Shown in pieces: positions 53,532 to 64,000 of a stretch of DNA of 64,000 nucleotides. Within the stretch, counting starts at the first letter, position 1. Every line of letters starts with the position of its first letter. The translations under genes and the position numbers were made by a program. The notes under the pieces are model-generated. The model had not been told where the DNA came from. It saw nothing but the letters and a program-made list of their open reading frames with translations, and searched no databases. The stretch comes from Microgenomates group bacterium GW2011_GWC1_46_15 (GTDB lineage: Bacteria > Patescibacteriota > Microgenomatia > UBA1400 > UBA12028). The stretch lies in the NCBI GenBank assembly GCA_001002285.1, contig LCLX01000004.1:6885-70884 (forward strand), written 5' to 3'.

Positions 53532-54755
53532 TTATGAGCGACGTAATGCGCGATATGCAAAAAAGATGTGTAGGGGTTGAATAAGTAGGTAAGAAAAGAA
53601 TATTGCCATACCCGCACCAACAAGTCCACGACTTTGAGAAAGTGGAATAAGCAAGCCAACCATCGCAACAAGATGAAGCAAAAGAATTCCTGCGTTGTAC
53701 GACGGTTTCCTAATAGCAAGATATAGTTGATACATCACGGTGTTTATTGCCTGAAAAAATCCTGATCCAAGAAGCCATGGCAGAATGGCAACGATAGGAA
53801 TCCACTGCTTACCAAGCACCAGTGTCACGAAAAACATCGGGTACGCAAAAAGTAATGCCATAGGAATAAGAAGGAAAAACGCTAATGGAACAACAGATCG
53901 GAAAAATGCTCTTCTTAATCTTTTTCTATCTTGATAAATCGAGGTATAAATCGGAAAAACCGTTTGCGCGCTGAGATCGCCAAACTCACCGACGCTAGAC
54001 TGAGCAACACGAAACGTTGTCTGATAATATCCCAGCGCTTGTGTTCCAAGAAGTTTTCCAATAATGAGATCATCCAAATTATTTACAAGAAACACGAGCA
54101 GTCCTCCAATGTTCAACCATCCGCTTGCCCGCAAAATATCTTTTAGACGCGCCATCTGAATAAGAAACTTCGGTCTTGGCGAAACAAAAATGTGTGAAAT
54201 AACAACTTCTGCAACTGCAGAAACAATAAGCGCGAGCACAAGCGCCTCGGCAGAACGCAGCCATAATGCGAGGAAAATAGCCCCGATTGTTTCTATGAAC
54301 GCGAGAATGCCCCGAATAACAACCTCGTTCGCATACCGCAGGGCATTCCAGTATTTAATAATGGCGGGGTTAATAAATCCCTTAATCCAGGGAATTGTCG
54401 CAGCAAGGCACAACATAAGAAAAAGGCGGGGTTCTGCGTAAAATGTTGGCAAAAAGAACGCTGTACCGAAAAGAAGTGCTGTAATAAGTAGCCCACGGAT
54501 AATAGAAACAACCCAGGCAGTGTTTACATACTTTTCATACTGACCGCCGCGTTGAATAAGGAATGTGTTAATGCCCGTTTCAGACAATCGTTCTACCAAC
54601 GCAAGTACAGCGGTTGTAATGCCAAAGACACCAAAATCTCTTGGACTTAAAAGACGGGCAAGGATAATAATGCGGCCTACTGCAAGCGCTTTTGTGCCAA
54701 TTTTTAAAGTGGAAAGCCATCCAAATCCCTCAAGAGCCTTTTTTGTGTATCCCAT
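53532..54755 (-). CDS. Polysaccharide flippase (Wzx/MOP family)
   Basis: LARLLSP.DFG, N.DDL.IGK.LG..ALGYY; multi-TM. Confidence 0.88.
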   Translation of the reverse strand: MGYTKKALEGFGWLSTLKIGTKALAVGRIIILARLLSPRDFGVFGITTAVLALVERLSETGINTFLIQRGGQYEKYVNTAWVVSIIRGLLITALLFGTAFFLPTFYAEPRLFLMLCLAATIPWIKGFINPAIIKYWNALRYANEVVIRGILAFIETIGAIFLALWLRSAEALVLALIVSAVAEVVISHIFVSPRPKFLIQMARLKDILRASGWLNIGGLLVFLVNNLDDLIIGKLLGTQALGYYQTTFRVAQSSVGEFGDLSAQTVFPIYTSIYQDRKRLRRAFFRSVVPLAFFLLIPMALLFAYPMFFVTLVLGKQWIPIVAILPWLLGSGFFQAINTVMYQLYLAIRKPSYNAGILLLHLVAMVGLLIPLSQSRGLVGAGMAIFFSYLLIQPLHIFFAYRALRRS

Positions 54756-54814
54756 GGAGTCATCATATCATGCAGAAACATGCGGAATATTATGCATGTG
54801 CGAATGGGCCATTT

Positions 54815-55984
54815 TTACATACGGCGCGATACCGTTGCCATGCTCCACAGTATAACCATAATCCACGGATAAAACAGGAGATTGTTCCAAAATGACCCCA
54901 CTACAATGGCAACATACAACCCGGCAAGATATGGGGAGACACGGACTTTTTTAAAAAGAAGAATCAAAAAAGCAATATAAAGCGCAAACCCCGGTATACC
55001 TGTTGATTGGAGTACGTGAAGATAACTATTATCCGGCGCCGAGGAGTGAGAAGCTAACCATGACACTTGTGGAACCCGCCCCGCTTGTTTGAGATACCAT
55101 CCGTCACCGATAACGAACGTTTGCAATGAAAATGATTGAACGGTTGAACGGAACGATGTTATGCGCGCCGTGATACTTGCAGTGCGTTCAAGACGAGTAC
55201 CCTCACTTGCCAACCGCGGCAAAAAAATGATTCCTATCGTCAAAGCGATAATTCCTAGAAGCATGTTTTTCTTTTTCAGTAATACTGATGTTGTAACCAT
55301 TCCGGCGACAACGCTGACATATCCCGCGCGCGAGTACGTAAGAAGCAACGCTAAAAATAATAAGAGATACATTGCATACTTCTTCCATACTGGAGATACT
55401 GTGAAAATGGGTACCATAAATAATGCAGAACATATGACAGCTGCAGAAAATGCAGGATCAAAAAGTGTTGAGATCAGTCGGAAATAGTGATCGTCCCACC
55501 CAAGGTGCTGGAGAAACCGCATATCGGGGAAGATCGCGTACTGTACAAGGCCGATTCCGGCGATTCCTAAACCCAATCCAAGAACCCTCCATGAAATATC
55601 CCGTTTTGTGATGTATTGGCGCTTTATCCCCAAAACAAAGATGGGATATACCGAAACATACAATAAAAACCGTACCGCGTATAAAACACCAATGGACCAA
55701 AACTGGTTTTGCCGCAAAAACGCGAGAATCAACCCTATGATAAGCCATGAAAAAAATAGAACGAGTACTTTGCTCCACGATTTTGACCACATTGTGTTCC
55801 ACGCCCACCGACCATGTGCGCCCCACAACCAAAAAACTCCAACGGCAAGAACAATTTCGTGCAGAGAAAATGCAATGCCGTTTCTTAAACCAACGCGTTG
55901 AAACTGTCCCAAAATAAGAAGTCCCCAAAATACTAAAAACATCACTCGATATACAAAAGATGAGAGATCAAACTTATTTTTCAT
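54815..55984 (-). CDS. O-antigen ligase/polymerase family protein
   Basis: RL.STL.DP, LLLTYSRAG, G.GW, DNSYL..L..TGI.G. Confidence 0.85.
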   Translation of the reverse strand: MKNKFDLSSFVYRVMFLVFWGLLILGQFQRVGLRNGIAFSLHEIVLAVGVFWLWGAHGRWAWNTMWSKSWSKVLVLFFSWLIIGLILAFLRQNQFWSIGVLYAVRFLLYVSVYPIFVLGIKRQYITKRDISWRVLGLGLGIAGIGLVQYAIFPDMRFLQHLGWDDHYFRLISTLFDPAFSAAVICSALFMVPIFTVSPVWKKYAMYLLLFLALLLTYSRAGYVSVVAGMVTTSVLLKKKNMLLGIIALTIGIIFLPRLASEGTRLERTASITARITSFRSTVQSFSLQTFVIGDGWYLKQAGRVPQVSWLASHSSAPDNSYLHVLQSTGIPGFALYIAFLILLFKKVRVSPYLAGLYVAIVVGSFWNNLLFYPWIMVILWSMATVSRRM

Positions 55985-56717
55985 ATATTTGTATCCTGAC
56001 AATACACGAGTGCAGGCTCATCATATATGCCATTGCCAATCCGGGAAATCCATCAAGAAAACCTCGTTTTAATACATAATTCACAAAAAATTTCGCGGAA
56101 GGATACACAAGAACTTTAAAAAGAGAAAACCGTTCTCCGTTGCGCTTTCTATACTGCGCCTCCATGGTTGTGTACACAATAATTTTATCGAGAAAAGAGG
56201 AGATAGAATCATGCGGCGTGTGCATGAGTGGGTGTTTGAGAGTACCGATGTTCCCGGAAATGCTCCACGTTTCGTGCACCGGCCGTTGCCAATATCCTGT
56301 ATCGCGCTTTGCAAGGCGCAAAAACCGCGCGTGCCCCGTCTCTCCGTGGTGAAGTTTTTTCTGCATAAAAATGTCAGTCCGCTTCAGCATGTATCCATTG
56401 CAGTTGCCAGTACGAAGTGCTGCACGTATTTCGTGCATGAATGCTTCTGGAACATACTCATCTGTGTCAAGAAAAAATATCCAGTCCGTATGCGCCAGCG
56501 TTAGTCCATAGTTTCGTTGTTTCGCATAGTTATCCGACAGAGGTGAACGCACGTATTCTGCGCGGTATTTGAGAGCGATGCGTTGCGTATCGTCGGTAGA
56601 GTTATCATCAAGAACAATACGGGCGTCACACCATTGAACCGATCGTAATGCCCGTTCAAGAGACCGCGCGTTATTTTTACTGAGAATTACCGCCGAGATC
56701 GTGGAGGTTTTTGCCAT
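55974..56717 (-). CDS. Glycosyltransferase family 2 (WaaE-like)
   Basis: ISAVIL.KN, DD.STD.T, QRN.G, LDTDE, VHE, GFLDG.PG. Confidence 0.9.
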   Translation of the reverse strand: MAKTSTISAVILSKNNARSLERALRSVQWCDARIVLDDNSTDDTQRIALKYRAEYVRSPLSDNYAKQRNYGLTLAHTDWIFFLDTDEYVPEAFMHEIRAALRTGNCNGYMLKRTDIFMQKKLHHGETGHARFLRLAKRDTGYWQRPVHETWSISGNIGTLKHPLMHTPHDSISSFLDKIIVYTTMEAQYRKRNGERFSLFKVLVYPSAKFFVNYVLKRGFLDGFPGLAMAYMMSLHSCIVRIQIYEK

Positions 56718-58498
56718 GACACTATCTTAGCAGAGTGTGGTCGAAATACTGAAAAAAGGAAGAGTTCAAGCATGATAAGGGCTACTCCAAAACTTATTCT
56801 TTTTGAGAAAAACCGCACGGGTGTATCAACAAACTTTACCTCAACGTCGTATTTCCCCCGCAAAAGCGAGAACATTGGAAATCCTGGGGAAGATGCATTG
56901 GTAAAACTCATTGGGTATGAACGTTCATCCACAAACACGGTCCATCCGGGGAAGTACAACGTATTTTCTTTCAGTATCGCCGTATCCGAATCTACGCGTA
57001 CGGTATATCTGTGTGTTGTTGAAGTACGGTACGTTTGTGTGATCTCCGCTTTGCCCTGTGTGATTTCCATCGGCGTTTTGGGTGGTTTTAACATATCGGT
57101 ATCTACCCAAACCGTTCTACCGGGACCAACTTTTGTAAAACTTTGAAGAAGGTTGGCGCGTATTGTCGCGTCCGTCACATTCAATACTGTCTTCCTATTT
57201 CCCCAATTAAGGATTGTTATGCCAATCGTAATAGCGCAGACTACCAAAACGATGGTGGGACGTTTTATATACTTTGCGAGAATACCGATGAGTATGGATG
57301 AAAGAAACGCCAAAAGGAGAAGCAGTCTATACGAAAACTGGAACCCATGAAGAAGTGTGATGGATGTCCATATCGGTTGTGATACTTTCTGAGTCATAAA
57401 GAAAAGAGTAATGAATGCGCCAAGTACCATCGCATACAAAACTTTTTCACGGTAAATCATACTTTTTGAAGAAAAAAACTTGCTCAATATGCCAAATATA
57501 TGGCCTTTGTTTTTTATGAGAAGCAATAAAGAAAGGGCGATACCAATCCAGTGGATATATCCAAGAATGAATGAAAGCTCCCCTTGATGTCCTTGATATA
57601 AGAAGCCCCATCGCCAAGGAGAGTAAAAAAACTCGCGCATTGTGGGAAACTCTATTGTTCCCGCCGAAAGAATATTGGTGTATTTTGACTCAACAAGAAG
57701 TGGAAGCCAATAAAAAAGAGTCAGCGCGAGCGTGAGAATAAACCCTGCTCCAACAAAAATGGTGTACCGCAATTTTTGCAAATTCGTAGGATACAACGTC
57801 GCCGCGTACATCAATAAAAGTGGGAGTGTGATAAGCGCAATTGCTTGATGAGAAAGAATAAGTAAACCAAATGCAAAAGCGAACCCCATCAAATTTTTAT
57901 ATGACAATGTTTTACTCATGTTTTTAAGCATGAAAAAACAGAATGGGAGGATCATGAACGCGATCGTTTCGCCCAAAGCCACTCGGAAGTGCATGTCTAT
58001 CAAGTGATATGGGGCAAAGAGATAGAAAACGGCAGCAGTAAAAGCAGATATATCACTTTGAAGTTCTTTTTTTACAAACGCGTATATCCCAACTCCAGAA
58101 CCAATAAATGAAACAATGAGAAGCGCCTTGATGCTGTCAATGAATGAAAAACCTGCAACGTGGAACAGAGAAATGGCGTAGTACGGAAAAGGGTATGTGA
58201 ATGCATACAGGGGATATCCGTTTCCCTGTAAAAAATAACTATTCCAGATCGGGACAACATTCCCCTCCTTGAGTGAATCAAAAAATGGCATTGCAAATGT
58301 TGCATGAATTGCGAGATCACCGCTTTCGTACGAACCTGGTCTCAAAATACTCCACAGTGGAAGGAGAGAAAGAAGTATGAGGACAAAAAACAACTTCAAT
58401 TTTTTCTTTGGAAAGATATACCGGTAAACAAACAGCGCTGCTACTAGGCCAAACGTTATAATCGCGCTGATCACAACCATGTTGTAGGGTTCTGGCAT
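56687..58498 (-). CDS. GT-C type membrane protein (PTPS-related/YfhO-like)
   Basis: GD...H, P.W......G.GYPL.FY, YLFAPY, R.ALGE, QF.YR, YFPGW; start uncertain. Confidence 0.75.
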   Translation of the reverse strand: MPEPYNMVVISAIITFGLVAALFVYRYIFPKKKLKLFFVLILLSLLPLWSILRPGSYESGDLAIHATFAMPFFDSLKEGNVVPIWNSYFLQGNGYPLYAFTYPFPYYAISLFHVAGFSFIDSIKALLIVSFIGSGVGIYAFVKKELQSDISAFTAAVFYLFAPYHLIDMHFRVALGETIAFMILPFCFFMLKNMSKTLSYKNLMGFAFAFGLLILSHQAIALITLPLLLMYAATLYPTNLQKLRYTIFVGAGFILTLALTLFYWLPLLVESKYTNILSAGTIEFPTMREFFYSPWRWGFLYQGHQGELSFILGYIHWIGIALSLLLLIKNKGHIFGILSKFFSSKSMIYREKVLYAMVLGAFITLFFMTQKVSQPIWTSITLLHGFQFSYRLLLLLAFLSSILIGILAKYIKRPTIVLVVCAITIGITILNWGNRKTVLNVTDATIRANLLQSFTKVGPGRTVWVDTDMLKPPKTPMEITQGKAEITQTYRTSTTHRYTVRVDSDTAILKENTLYFPGWTVFVDERSYPMSFTNASSPGFPMFSLLRGKYDVEVKFVDTPVRFFSKRISFGVALIMLELFLFSVFRPHSAKIVSWQKPPRSRR

Positions 58499-58534
58499 AC
58501 TGCACATCCTATACGTATATACTAGAATCACACG

Positions 58535-59347
58535 ATGACACCTCACATATTGTATACGATGAGCGCTGAACGGGTTGACATTGATCATCCAGAGCTTTCG
58601 GCGTTTTTCTTTCAACAACAAGCCGCGTATACCTTTTGTATGAAGTACTGCAAAAATAAAACAGTACTAGAGATTGGAAGTGGCAGTGGGTATGGAGCAA
58701 ATAGAATCGCCGACGTAGCAACCTCAGTCTTGTGCATAGATAAAGACAAAACAAGTATTGAAAAAAGTAAAACCATTTTTCAGAAAAAAAATATACAGTT
58801 TGCTTGCACAAGCATAGAATGTTTTCATCCACGTCAAAAATTTGACGTCATTATTTCTCTGCAGGTTATCGAGCACATTTCTCCTAAACACCTAGATCAA
58901 TACCTTCGCACCATACAAAAATCGTTAAAACCGGATGGTGTGTGTATTTTTTCTACTCCGAATGCGCCGCGTTCTTCATATAATGAAAATCCGTATCATT
59001 TTATAGAGTACTCTGGAGATGCGTTACGCCGCATATTGTTGAAGTACTTTGCCAAAGTCAAACTCTATGGGGTAATGGGAGATGCTCAAGTGGAACGTTT
59101 TGAAGATGCTAGAAAACGACGCGTTTTTTCTTTTTTTTCTTTTGATCCGTTTTCTCTGAGAAAGCTTTTTCCAAGAAAAATCCGTCAATTTTTATTTGAT
59201 CTTGCGTCATTTGCGAATAGAAAAGCGCTCAACGCTCAAATAGCTGAGTTTCGTTCAATTTCAGAGAAAAACTATCGTATTAGCCCGTTTAACTCAAACT
59301 CGGCAATAGATAGTATCGCCGTATGCCGAAAGCCAACCGCGTTGTAA
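58535..59347 (+). CDS. Class I SAM-dependent methyltransferase
   Basis: VLEIGSGSGYG, FDVIIS.QVIEH, LKPDG..STPN, NPYH..EY. Confidence 0.9.
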   Translation: MTPHILYTMSAERVDIDHPELSAFFFQQQAAYTFCMKYCKNKTVLEIGSGSGYGANRIADVATSVLCIDKDKTSIEKSKTIFQKKNIQFACTSIECFHPRQKFDVIISLQVIEHISPKHLDQYLRTIQKSLKPDGVCIFSTPNAPRSSYNENPYHFIEYSGDALRRILLKYFAKVKLYGVMGDAQVERFEDARKRRVFSFFSFDPFSLRKLFPRKIRQFLFDLASFANRKALNAQIAEFRSISEKNYRISPFNSNSAIDSIAVCRKPTAL

Positions 59348-60218
59348 GATACTGCGCGCTCTCAACTCCAAGAAAAAGTAAAAACCGCAAAAGAATACCT
59401 GTGTATACAAACGTGTTTGCCATTGTGATGTGATGATGCGCGTAGTGCTTGCGGTAGTAATGCGCCATGCCCTTGTGGAAAAGATACACCGCTTTTAGCC
59501 GGAACTGGCGCGTCGTTCCTCCATGAATGTGCATAATCGCGATATGCGGGTAATAATACACTTTCCATTCCGATTGTATTGCCCTATAGCAATAATCGGT
59601 ATCTTCACAGTACATATAAAAACGTTCGTCTAAACGACCAACATCCTTCCAAGTCTTTCTTCGAATAAGCATGAACGCGCCAAGCACTCCGCCAACTTCC
59701 GTTGTACGGTTTTCGTTCGTGTATGTCATGTAGTAGTTTAGTTTTTTTGCAAAAGGAAATAGTGTGTACAAACCAAAAGTTTGGAAGACTACGTTTTTTA
59801 TTGTCGGAACCGCGTGGCGGCATGGAAGATCCAATTGTTTGTTGTACTTTAGTACTTTGCATCCTGCGACACCAATCTCAGTATGATCATCAAGAAACGC
59901 AATCATTCTCCAGAGTTGAGAATTTTTTGTAAACAACACGTCTGAGTTTAAATGCAGAATATATCGGCCTTTTGCCAACTTTGTTCCTTTGTTATATGTT
60001 TTACTGTATCCAAGATTTTTTGCATTTCTTAACACAGTAATCTTGGGGAAAAGCGCGCGGATGTCGTGATATGTTCCATCTGTTGAAGCATCGTCAATGA
60101 GAATTATTTCAAACGTGATACGTTTTGTGTGCTGATAAATAGAACGCAGTGTTTTGCGAATTAATTCTTTTGAGTTATATGTGCCAATAATGATGGAAAG
60201 ATCGATCGGCTTTTTCAT
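59289..60218 (-). CDS. Glycosyltransferase family 2 (WbbL-like)
   Basis: LSIII..YN, DDASTDG, NLGY, LNSD, GAFML, DERFYMYCEDTD. Confidence 0.9.
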   Translation of the reverse strand: MKKPIDLSIIIGTYNSKELIRKTLRSIYQHTKRITFEIILIDDASTDGTYHDIRALFPKITVLRNAKNLGYSKTYNKGTKLAKGRYILHLNSDVLFTKNSQLWRMIAFLDDHTEIGVAGCKVLKYNKQLDLPCRHAVPTIKNVVFQTFGLYTLFPFAKKLNYYMTYTNENRTTEVGGVLGAFMLIRRKTWKDVGRLDERFYMYCEDTDYCYRAIQSEWKVYYYPHIAIMHIHGGTTRQFRLKAVYLFHKGMAHYYRKHYAHHHITMANTFVYTGILLRFLLFLGVESAQYLTTRLAFGIRRYYLLPSLS

Positions 60219-62362
60219 TCGATCACTGTACCACCCACAAGATTTTTTACAATCGTTACATCGCCAAACACGCGTTTTTCTACATCAACCGATGGAAGAA
60301 CGACGTCTTTTTCGAAAGATACGATATAGAGAACGCCACCGTCTCCGATTCTGCCACCTCGTATCGTGCTTAAGAACCGCATGCTATCTACGTATGTTGG
60401 AAATACTGCTCCCGTGTCGTATGACACAAAGCGTATTGGTTGTCCGCTAGCGTCGCGGACTACCCACTGCGCTGCCTCAATCGAGTTCACTATAGATGAT
60501 GTGTAAAAATGATTCTGGATAAGAAGGGTACCATTTTTTGCTATAAGCACAACGATTCCAAGTATAACCAGCCATCGTACATACTTTGATGTGATTCGAG
60601 ATACACCATACCCAAAGAGAATAGCGAGAAAGAGAGAAAACTGCGGAAAGTATGCCTCAGAAGGAGAGCCATGAATAACAACGCCAATACCCATCAATAT
60701 AAATCCTAAAAGTGAGTACAGCACGAGATGCGGTAACCGGCGTTTCCGGGAAACATAAAGACCAAAAAGAATGATTATTCCTACGCCTATGAGTGATATG
60801 TACTCGTTCCACCCAATCAATTTTTTGAGTTGTTCTGCAGACGCAATCAATGTGGTGGTAAATGTGTTCACCGTTACACCATGCCGCGCGTCAAATCCTG
60901 TGATAGCAACCGTACGGTATCCCGCCCAAGCGACAAGTCCACAAAGTTGGGTACAACGGTGCGTGAGATCATACAGTATTTGTGGAAGAAATCCTAAAAC
61001 TGCTCCAAAAAACACAGACTTCCAATACTTCAAACATATGTTTCTCTGTTTCACGCCTTGCCATACGAGAAGCCCGCTCAATGGAATAACCGCAAGCTCC
61101 CACTGGAACAACACGCCAAAGCTGAGTACTGCAAAAAATACACTCCACCGCGTTTTTACTGTTTCCATACGCTCCAGTGCAAAAAAGTATAGGAGTGTAA
61201 ATACTGGAACAGCAAAAAGATAAAATGGCATGCGGGAGTGAATAATTTCCATCGGCGATCCCGCCATAAGGAGTGCCCCCAGGAACGCCGGAGTCTTTCC
61301 TATGCGCTTTTCAAGCAGAACGTATAACAAACCAATACCCATCGTAGTGAGCACTGCCGCAAACAACGGTGGAGCAAACACCGACACTCCACCAAAAAGA
61401 AAACTCAATGCATCAAACCATATGTTGAGCGGGCCTTGCGCAAATCTTGGAATACTGGAAGGAATACCAAGCAAATCAAACGATTGGAAGCGTAACAATG
61501 ACAACGCGCGCAGATAATCTCTGCCAACATCGCCAATCACTGGAATATGAAGAAGATCATACGTCCGTAGAAAAAAACTTAATGCTAAAAGAGAAAAGAG
61601 TCTCCATTGTTCCGTAACGGTAAGCCAAGACTCTAAAAGAACTGCTTGTATGAATCCGAAATACTTTTTGAAGTACCGAAAACGGCTTTGCGTGAAATAC
61701 CGGCGTGTTTCTACCCCCTCACGTTGCGCTAAGCGGATAGAAACTTGGCGGGGATGATACGCCTGTGCATCAACTAAAAATACAACGCGTTTGCCGATCT
61801 GTTTCATGCGGGCACAAAGATCAAACTCTTCCCAGTACAAGAAAAATTGATGATCAAAACCGCCTATGCGGATAAAATCGTTTCTGCGGACTAGCATCGC
61901 CGCGCCGGAAATAACATTAACTTCACGTGTCGTTTTTCGATCCCATGTTTTGAGCCAATAGTTTTTAGAAACTGCATTATGTGGAAACAACCGATTTAAA
62001 AACGACAGCGCGACTGCTGCAACCGATGGCGTCGGCAGTTTTGTCGAAGATTGTTCAATATTTCCTTCTGCATTTAAAAACTGCGGACCAACAACTCCAA
62101 CATTTTTATGTTTTTGCATATACTCAAGCATTTTTTTTACTACTGGGATAGTGATCTCAACATCTGCATTCAAAAAGAGAAGATATTCTCCATGCGTTTG
62201 ACGCGCGCCCTCGTTGCATGCTGTTCCATACCCACGGTTGTGTACTGTGTTATCAACAATGACACACTCCCATCGTTTTTCTTTTGAAAGGTTCCGTTTT
62301 AACACTTGTGCCTGTGCAAAGTTTTTGTACGACACAATAACAATGGAAAGCAGCTTTTTCAT
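60215..62362 (-). CDS. Fusion of a GT2 (WbbL-like) domain and a GT-C multi-TM domain
   Basis: N-terminal N.GYG.ACN, FLNAD, SGAAML, FFLYWEEFD; C-terminal LR.Y.....GD.GRD...G.PSS...QGP and many TMs. Confidence 0.8.
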   Translation of the reverse strand: MKKLLSIVIVSYKNFAQAQVLKRNLSKEKRWECVIVDNTVHNRGYGTACNEGARQTHGEYLLFLNADVEITIPVVKKMLEYMQKHKNVGVVGPQFLNAEGNIEQSSTKLPTPSVAAVALSFLNRLFPHNAVSKNYWLKTWDRKTTREVNVISGAAMLVRRNDFIRIGGFDHQFFLYWEEFDLCARMKQIGKRVVFLVDAQAYHPRQVSIRLAQREGVETRRYFTQSRFRYFKKYFGFIQAVLLESWLTVTEQWRLFSLLALSFFLRTYDLLHIPVIGDVGRDYLRALSLLRFQSFDLLGIPSSIPRFAQGPLNIWFDALSFLFGGVSVFAPPLFAAVLTTMGIGLLYVLLEKRIGKTPAFLGALLMAGSPMEIIHSRMPFYLFAVPVFTLLYFFALERMETVKTRWSVFFAVLSFGVLFQWELAVIPLSGLLVWQGVKQRNICLKYWKSVFFGAVLGFLPQILYDLTHRCTQLCGLVAWAGYRTVAITGFDARHGVTVNTFTTTLIASAEQLKKLIGWNEYISLIGVGIIILFGLYVSRKRRLPHLVLYSLLGFILMGIGVVIHGSPSEAYFPQFSLFLAILFGYGVSRITSKYVRWLVILGIVVLIAKNGTLLIQNHFYTSSIVNSIEAAQWVVRDASGQPIRFVSYDTGAVFPTYVDSMRFLSTIRGGRIGDGGVLYIVSFEKDVVLPSVDVEKRVFGDVTIVKNLVGGTVIE

Positions 62363-63273
62363 AGGTATGTATTCCACACATAGTGAAACATGCCGATTAT
62401 CGACCCACACATGACCCCGACATCTGAAGATACTTGGAGAAACGGAAGAAGATAGACTGCTGAAAAACTACGGACGTATCGCCAATTTTTCTGTATTGAC
62501 CAAAAAAAGTATGCCGGTAGCAAAAGGAGAGCAATCCATGGCATCCATATATACATAAGTAGCCAGACAGTATAACGCGCGAACATGAAAAGAACTTTGG
62601 GCCGAAAAATCCCCGCTTGCGTATCCCCAACTGCAAAACGAAATATTTGCTTCATCCACGTTAACCAATTTGCGGGAGGTAGCCATCGTACAACTGCTGA
62701 GCGGATAAATTTTATTTTGATTGACGAGTTTTTTAACGCGTGGGCAAACACATAATCTTCGTTCCACGTGTACCGCTCATCAAAACCGCCAACGCGTTTC
62801 CATACGGACTTCAATAGTGCCATTGAACGAGTTGCCGGGAGAAAGTTTCGTTCGTTCACGCGTTCCGGCATCACTAACATATACGCCGCCGCTGCACGTT
62901 CAAACGGCGTGTGGGCATTGGCTTCGTAGTATCCCGCAACAACATCAGTTTTTTTTGAAATTAGCGGGGCAGTGACGTTTTTTATCCAATCCCGCGCTGG
63001 AACACATCCTGCATCTGTCAACGCAATGATAGAATTTCTTGCTACCAAAATGCCAGCGTTTCTCCCAACAGACCGATTTCCTGACTTGCGGATGATCACT
63101 TTACGGAATGGCGGTTTCCACTGCATAAGTACACGATGTGTGCGGTCGGTTGACCCACCATCAACAATGACAACCTCATTGGGAAGTTTTGACTGGCGTT
63201 CCAATCCGGCAAAAAGATCAGCAAGATTACGCTCTTCATTTTTAACGGTGATAACTACCGAGATGTTTGCCAT
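62359..63273 (-). CDS. Glycosyltransferase family 2
   Basis: ISVVITVKNEE, VDGGSTD.T, GRN.G, TDAG, GGFDE, ED. Confidence 0.9.
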   Translation of the reverse strand: MANISVVITVKNEERNLADLFAGLERQSKLPNEVVIVDGGSTDRTHRVLMQWKPPFRKVIIRKSGNRSVGRNAGILVARNSIIALTDAGCVPARDWIKNVTAPLISKKTDVVAGYYEANAHTPFERAAAAYMLVMPERVNERNFLPATRSMALLKSVWKRVGGFDERYTWNEDYVFAHALKNSSIKIKFIRSAVVRWLPPANWLTWMKQIFRFAVGDTQAGIFRPKVLFMFARYTVWLLMYIWMPWIALLLLPAYFFWSIQKNWRYVRSFSAVYLLPFLQVSSDVGVMCGSIIGMFHYVWNTYL

Positions 63274-64000
63274 AGTGATTCATACACATCAGCGATGTGC
63301 TCCCAAGTTTGTGCGACTGCCCATGTTTGCGCACCATGTACCGCTGATTTTTCACGCTCTGGATGGTCAATGATGTACATCATTTCCTGCGCGATATCTT
63401 CCGGCAAAGAAGAAACCGAGCACCATTGTACCGCGGGAAAACTTTTAAGATAGTCGCGCTTAATCGCGTTATTCCACTGCGCAAACACATATCTGCCGAT
63501 TTGCATTGCTTCGATCATACTTAAATACCGAGACACGCAGGCAAAACGGTATGTTGCAAGTATGATCTCCGGAGTTTTTGTGAGGCCTTTATACTTGATG
63601 TATGGCACATTTTCGATATGGGATTTGAGTTTCGACAACAGTGATCCTTCGCCATACATATCTAAGCTGATTTTTCCACGCAAAAGCTTCACTGCTTCAA
63701 TGTACGCAAGTACTCCCGTATCTTCATCAATTCTTCCAATAAATACCGCAGAATTCTCCCGAGGGGAACGGGAAGGTCGAGCCTTTCCGGCACCGTACAA
63801 AATCGCTGTAGGATGAGTTCCATACCATGTTTTCATCCACTCACCCACGCAAATATTTCCATGAGAAAGAAGCTCGGCTAGCTTTCGCGACCGAACCGCC
63901 TTCTGTGTTGGCGGCTGAGAACCCTCGTATCCATGAAACGTCGTGTAGACCGGTTTTGTTATATATATGAAGCGGAGCGGTAAGTACCACCAGAACACAT
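63255..64000 (-). CDS. Glycosyltransferase family 4 (5'-partial)
   Basis: TFHG, FIGR, G.G, EAM, TW...A..Y..LW. Confidence 0.8.
   Translation of the reverse strand, partial: VFWWYLPLRFIYITKPVYTTFHGYEGSQPPTQKAVRSRKLAELLSHGNICVGEWMKTWYGTHPTAILYGAGKARPSRSPRENSAVFIGRIDEDTGVLAYIEAVKLLRGKISLDMYGEGSLLSKLKSHIENVPYIKYKGLTKTPEIILATYRFACVSRYLSMIEAMQIGRYVFAQWNNAIKRDYLKSFPAVQWCSVSSLPEDIAQEMMYIIDHPEREKSAVHGAQTWAVAQTWEHIADVYESLWQTSR

Overview
This is a 64-kb chromosomal segment of a small-genome bacterium, most likely Patescibacteria/CPR (Microgenomates-like); the taxonomy is inferred from gene content and style only. It uses the standard genetic code 11. Housekeeping genes include secA, serS, lysS, greA, atpBEFHAGDC, rplS, pyrG, dnaE, gatCAB, lemA-htpX and five tRNAs. 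It also carries a fermentative energy module (2-oxoacid:ferredoxin oxidoreductase plus ADP-forming acetate-CoA ligase), an adenosine kinase-ahcY-PLP enzyme operon, a ~14-kb surface glycan locus and about a dozen solitary AT-richer orphan genes. No CRISPR array, transposase, integrase or prophage was seen. The most notable items are: (1) an ultrashort-Stem-I Ser T-box ending in a transcription terminator upstream of serS; (2) a threonine-transaldolase-like (ObiH/LipK-type) PLP enzyme coupled to ahcY; (3) a LysRS fused to an intact HD hydrolase; (4) an unannotated ~154-nt structured RNA antisense between acd and the OFOR genes; (5) a promoter/leader-peptide/attenuator unit before a 49-aa hydrophobic peptide; (6) a 149-bp unit bounded by a tRNA-Glu 3'-end duplication; (7) widespread leaderless-type promoters. 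All protein calls come from motif recognition by eye, with no database searches.
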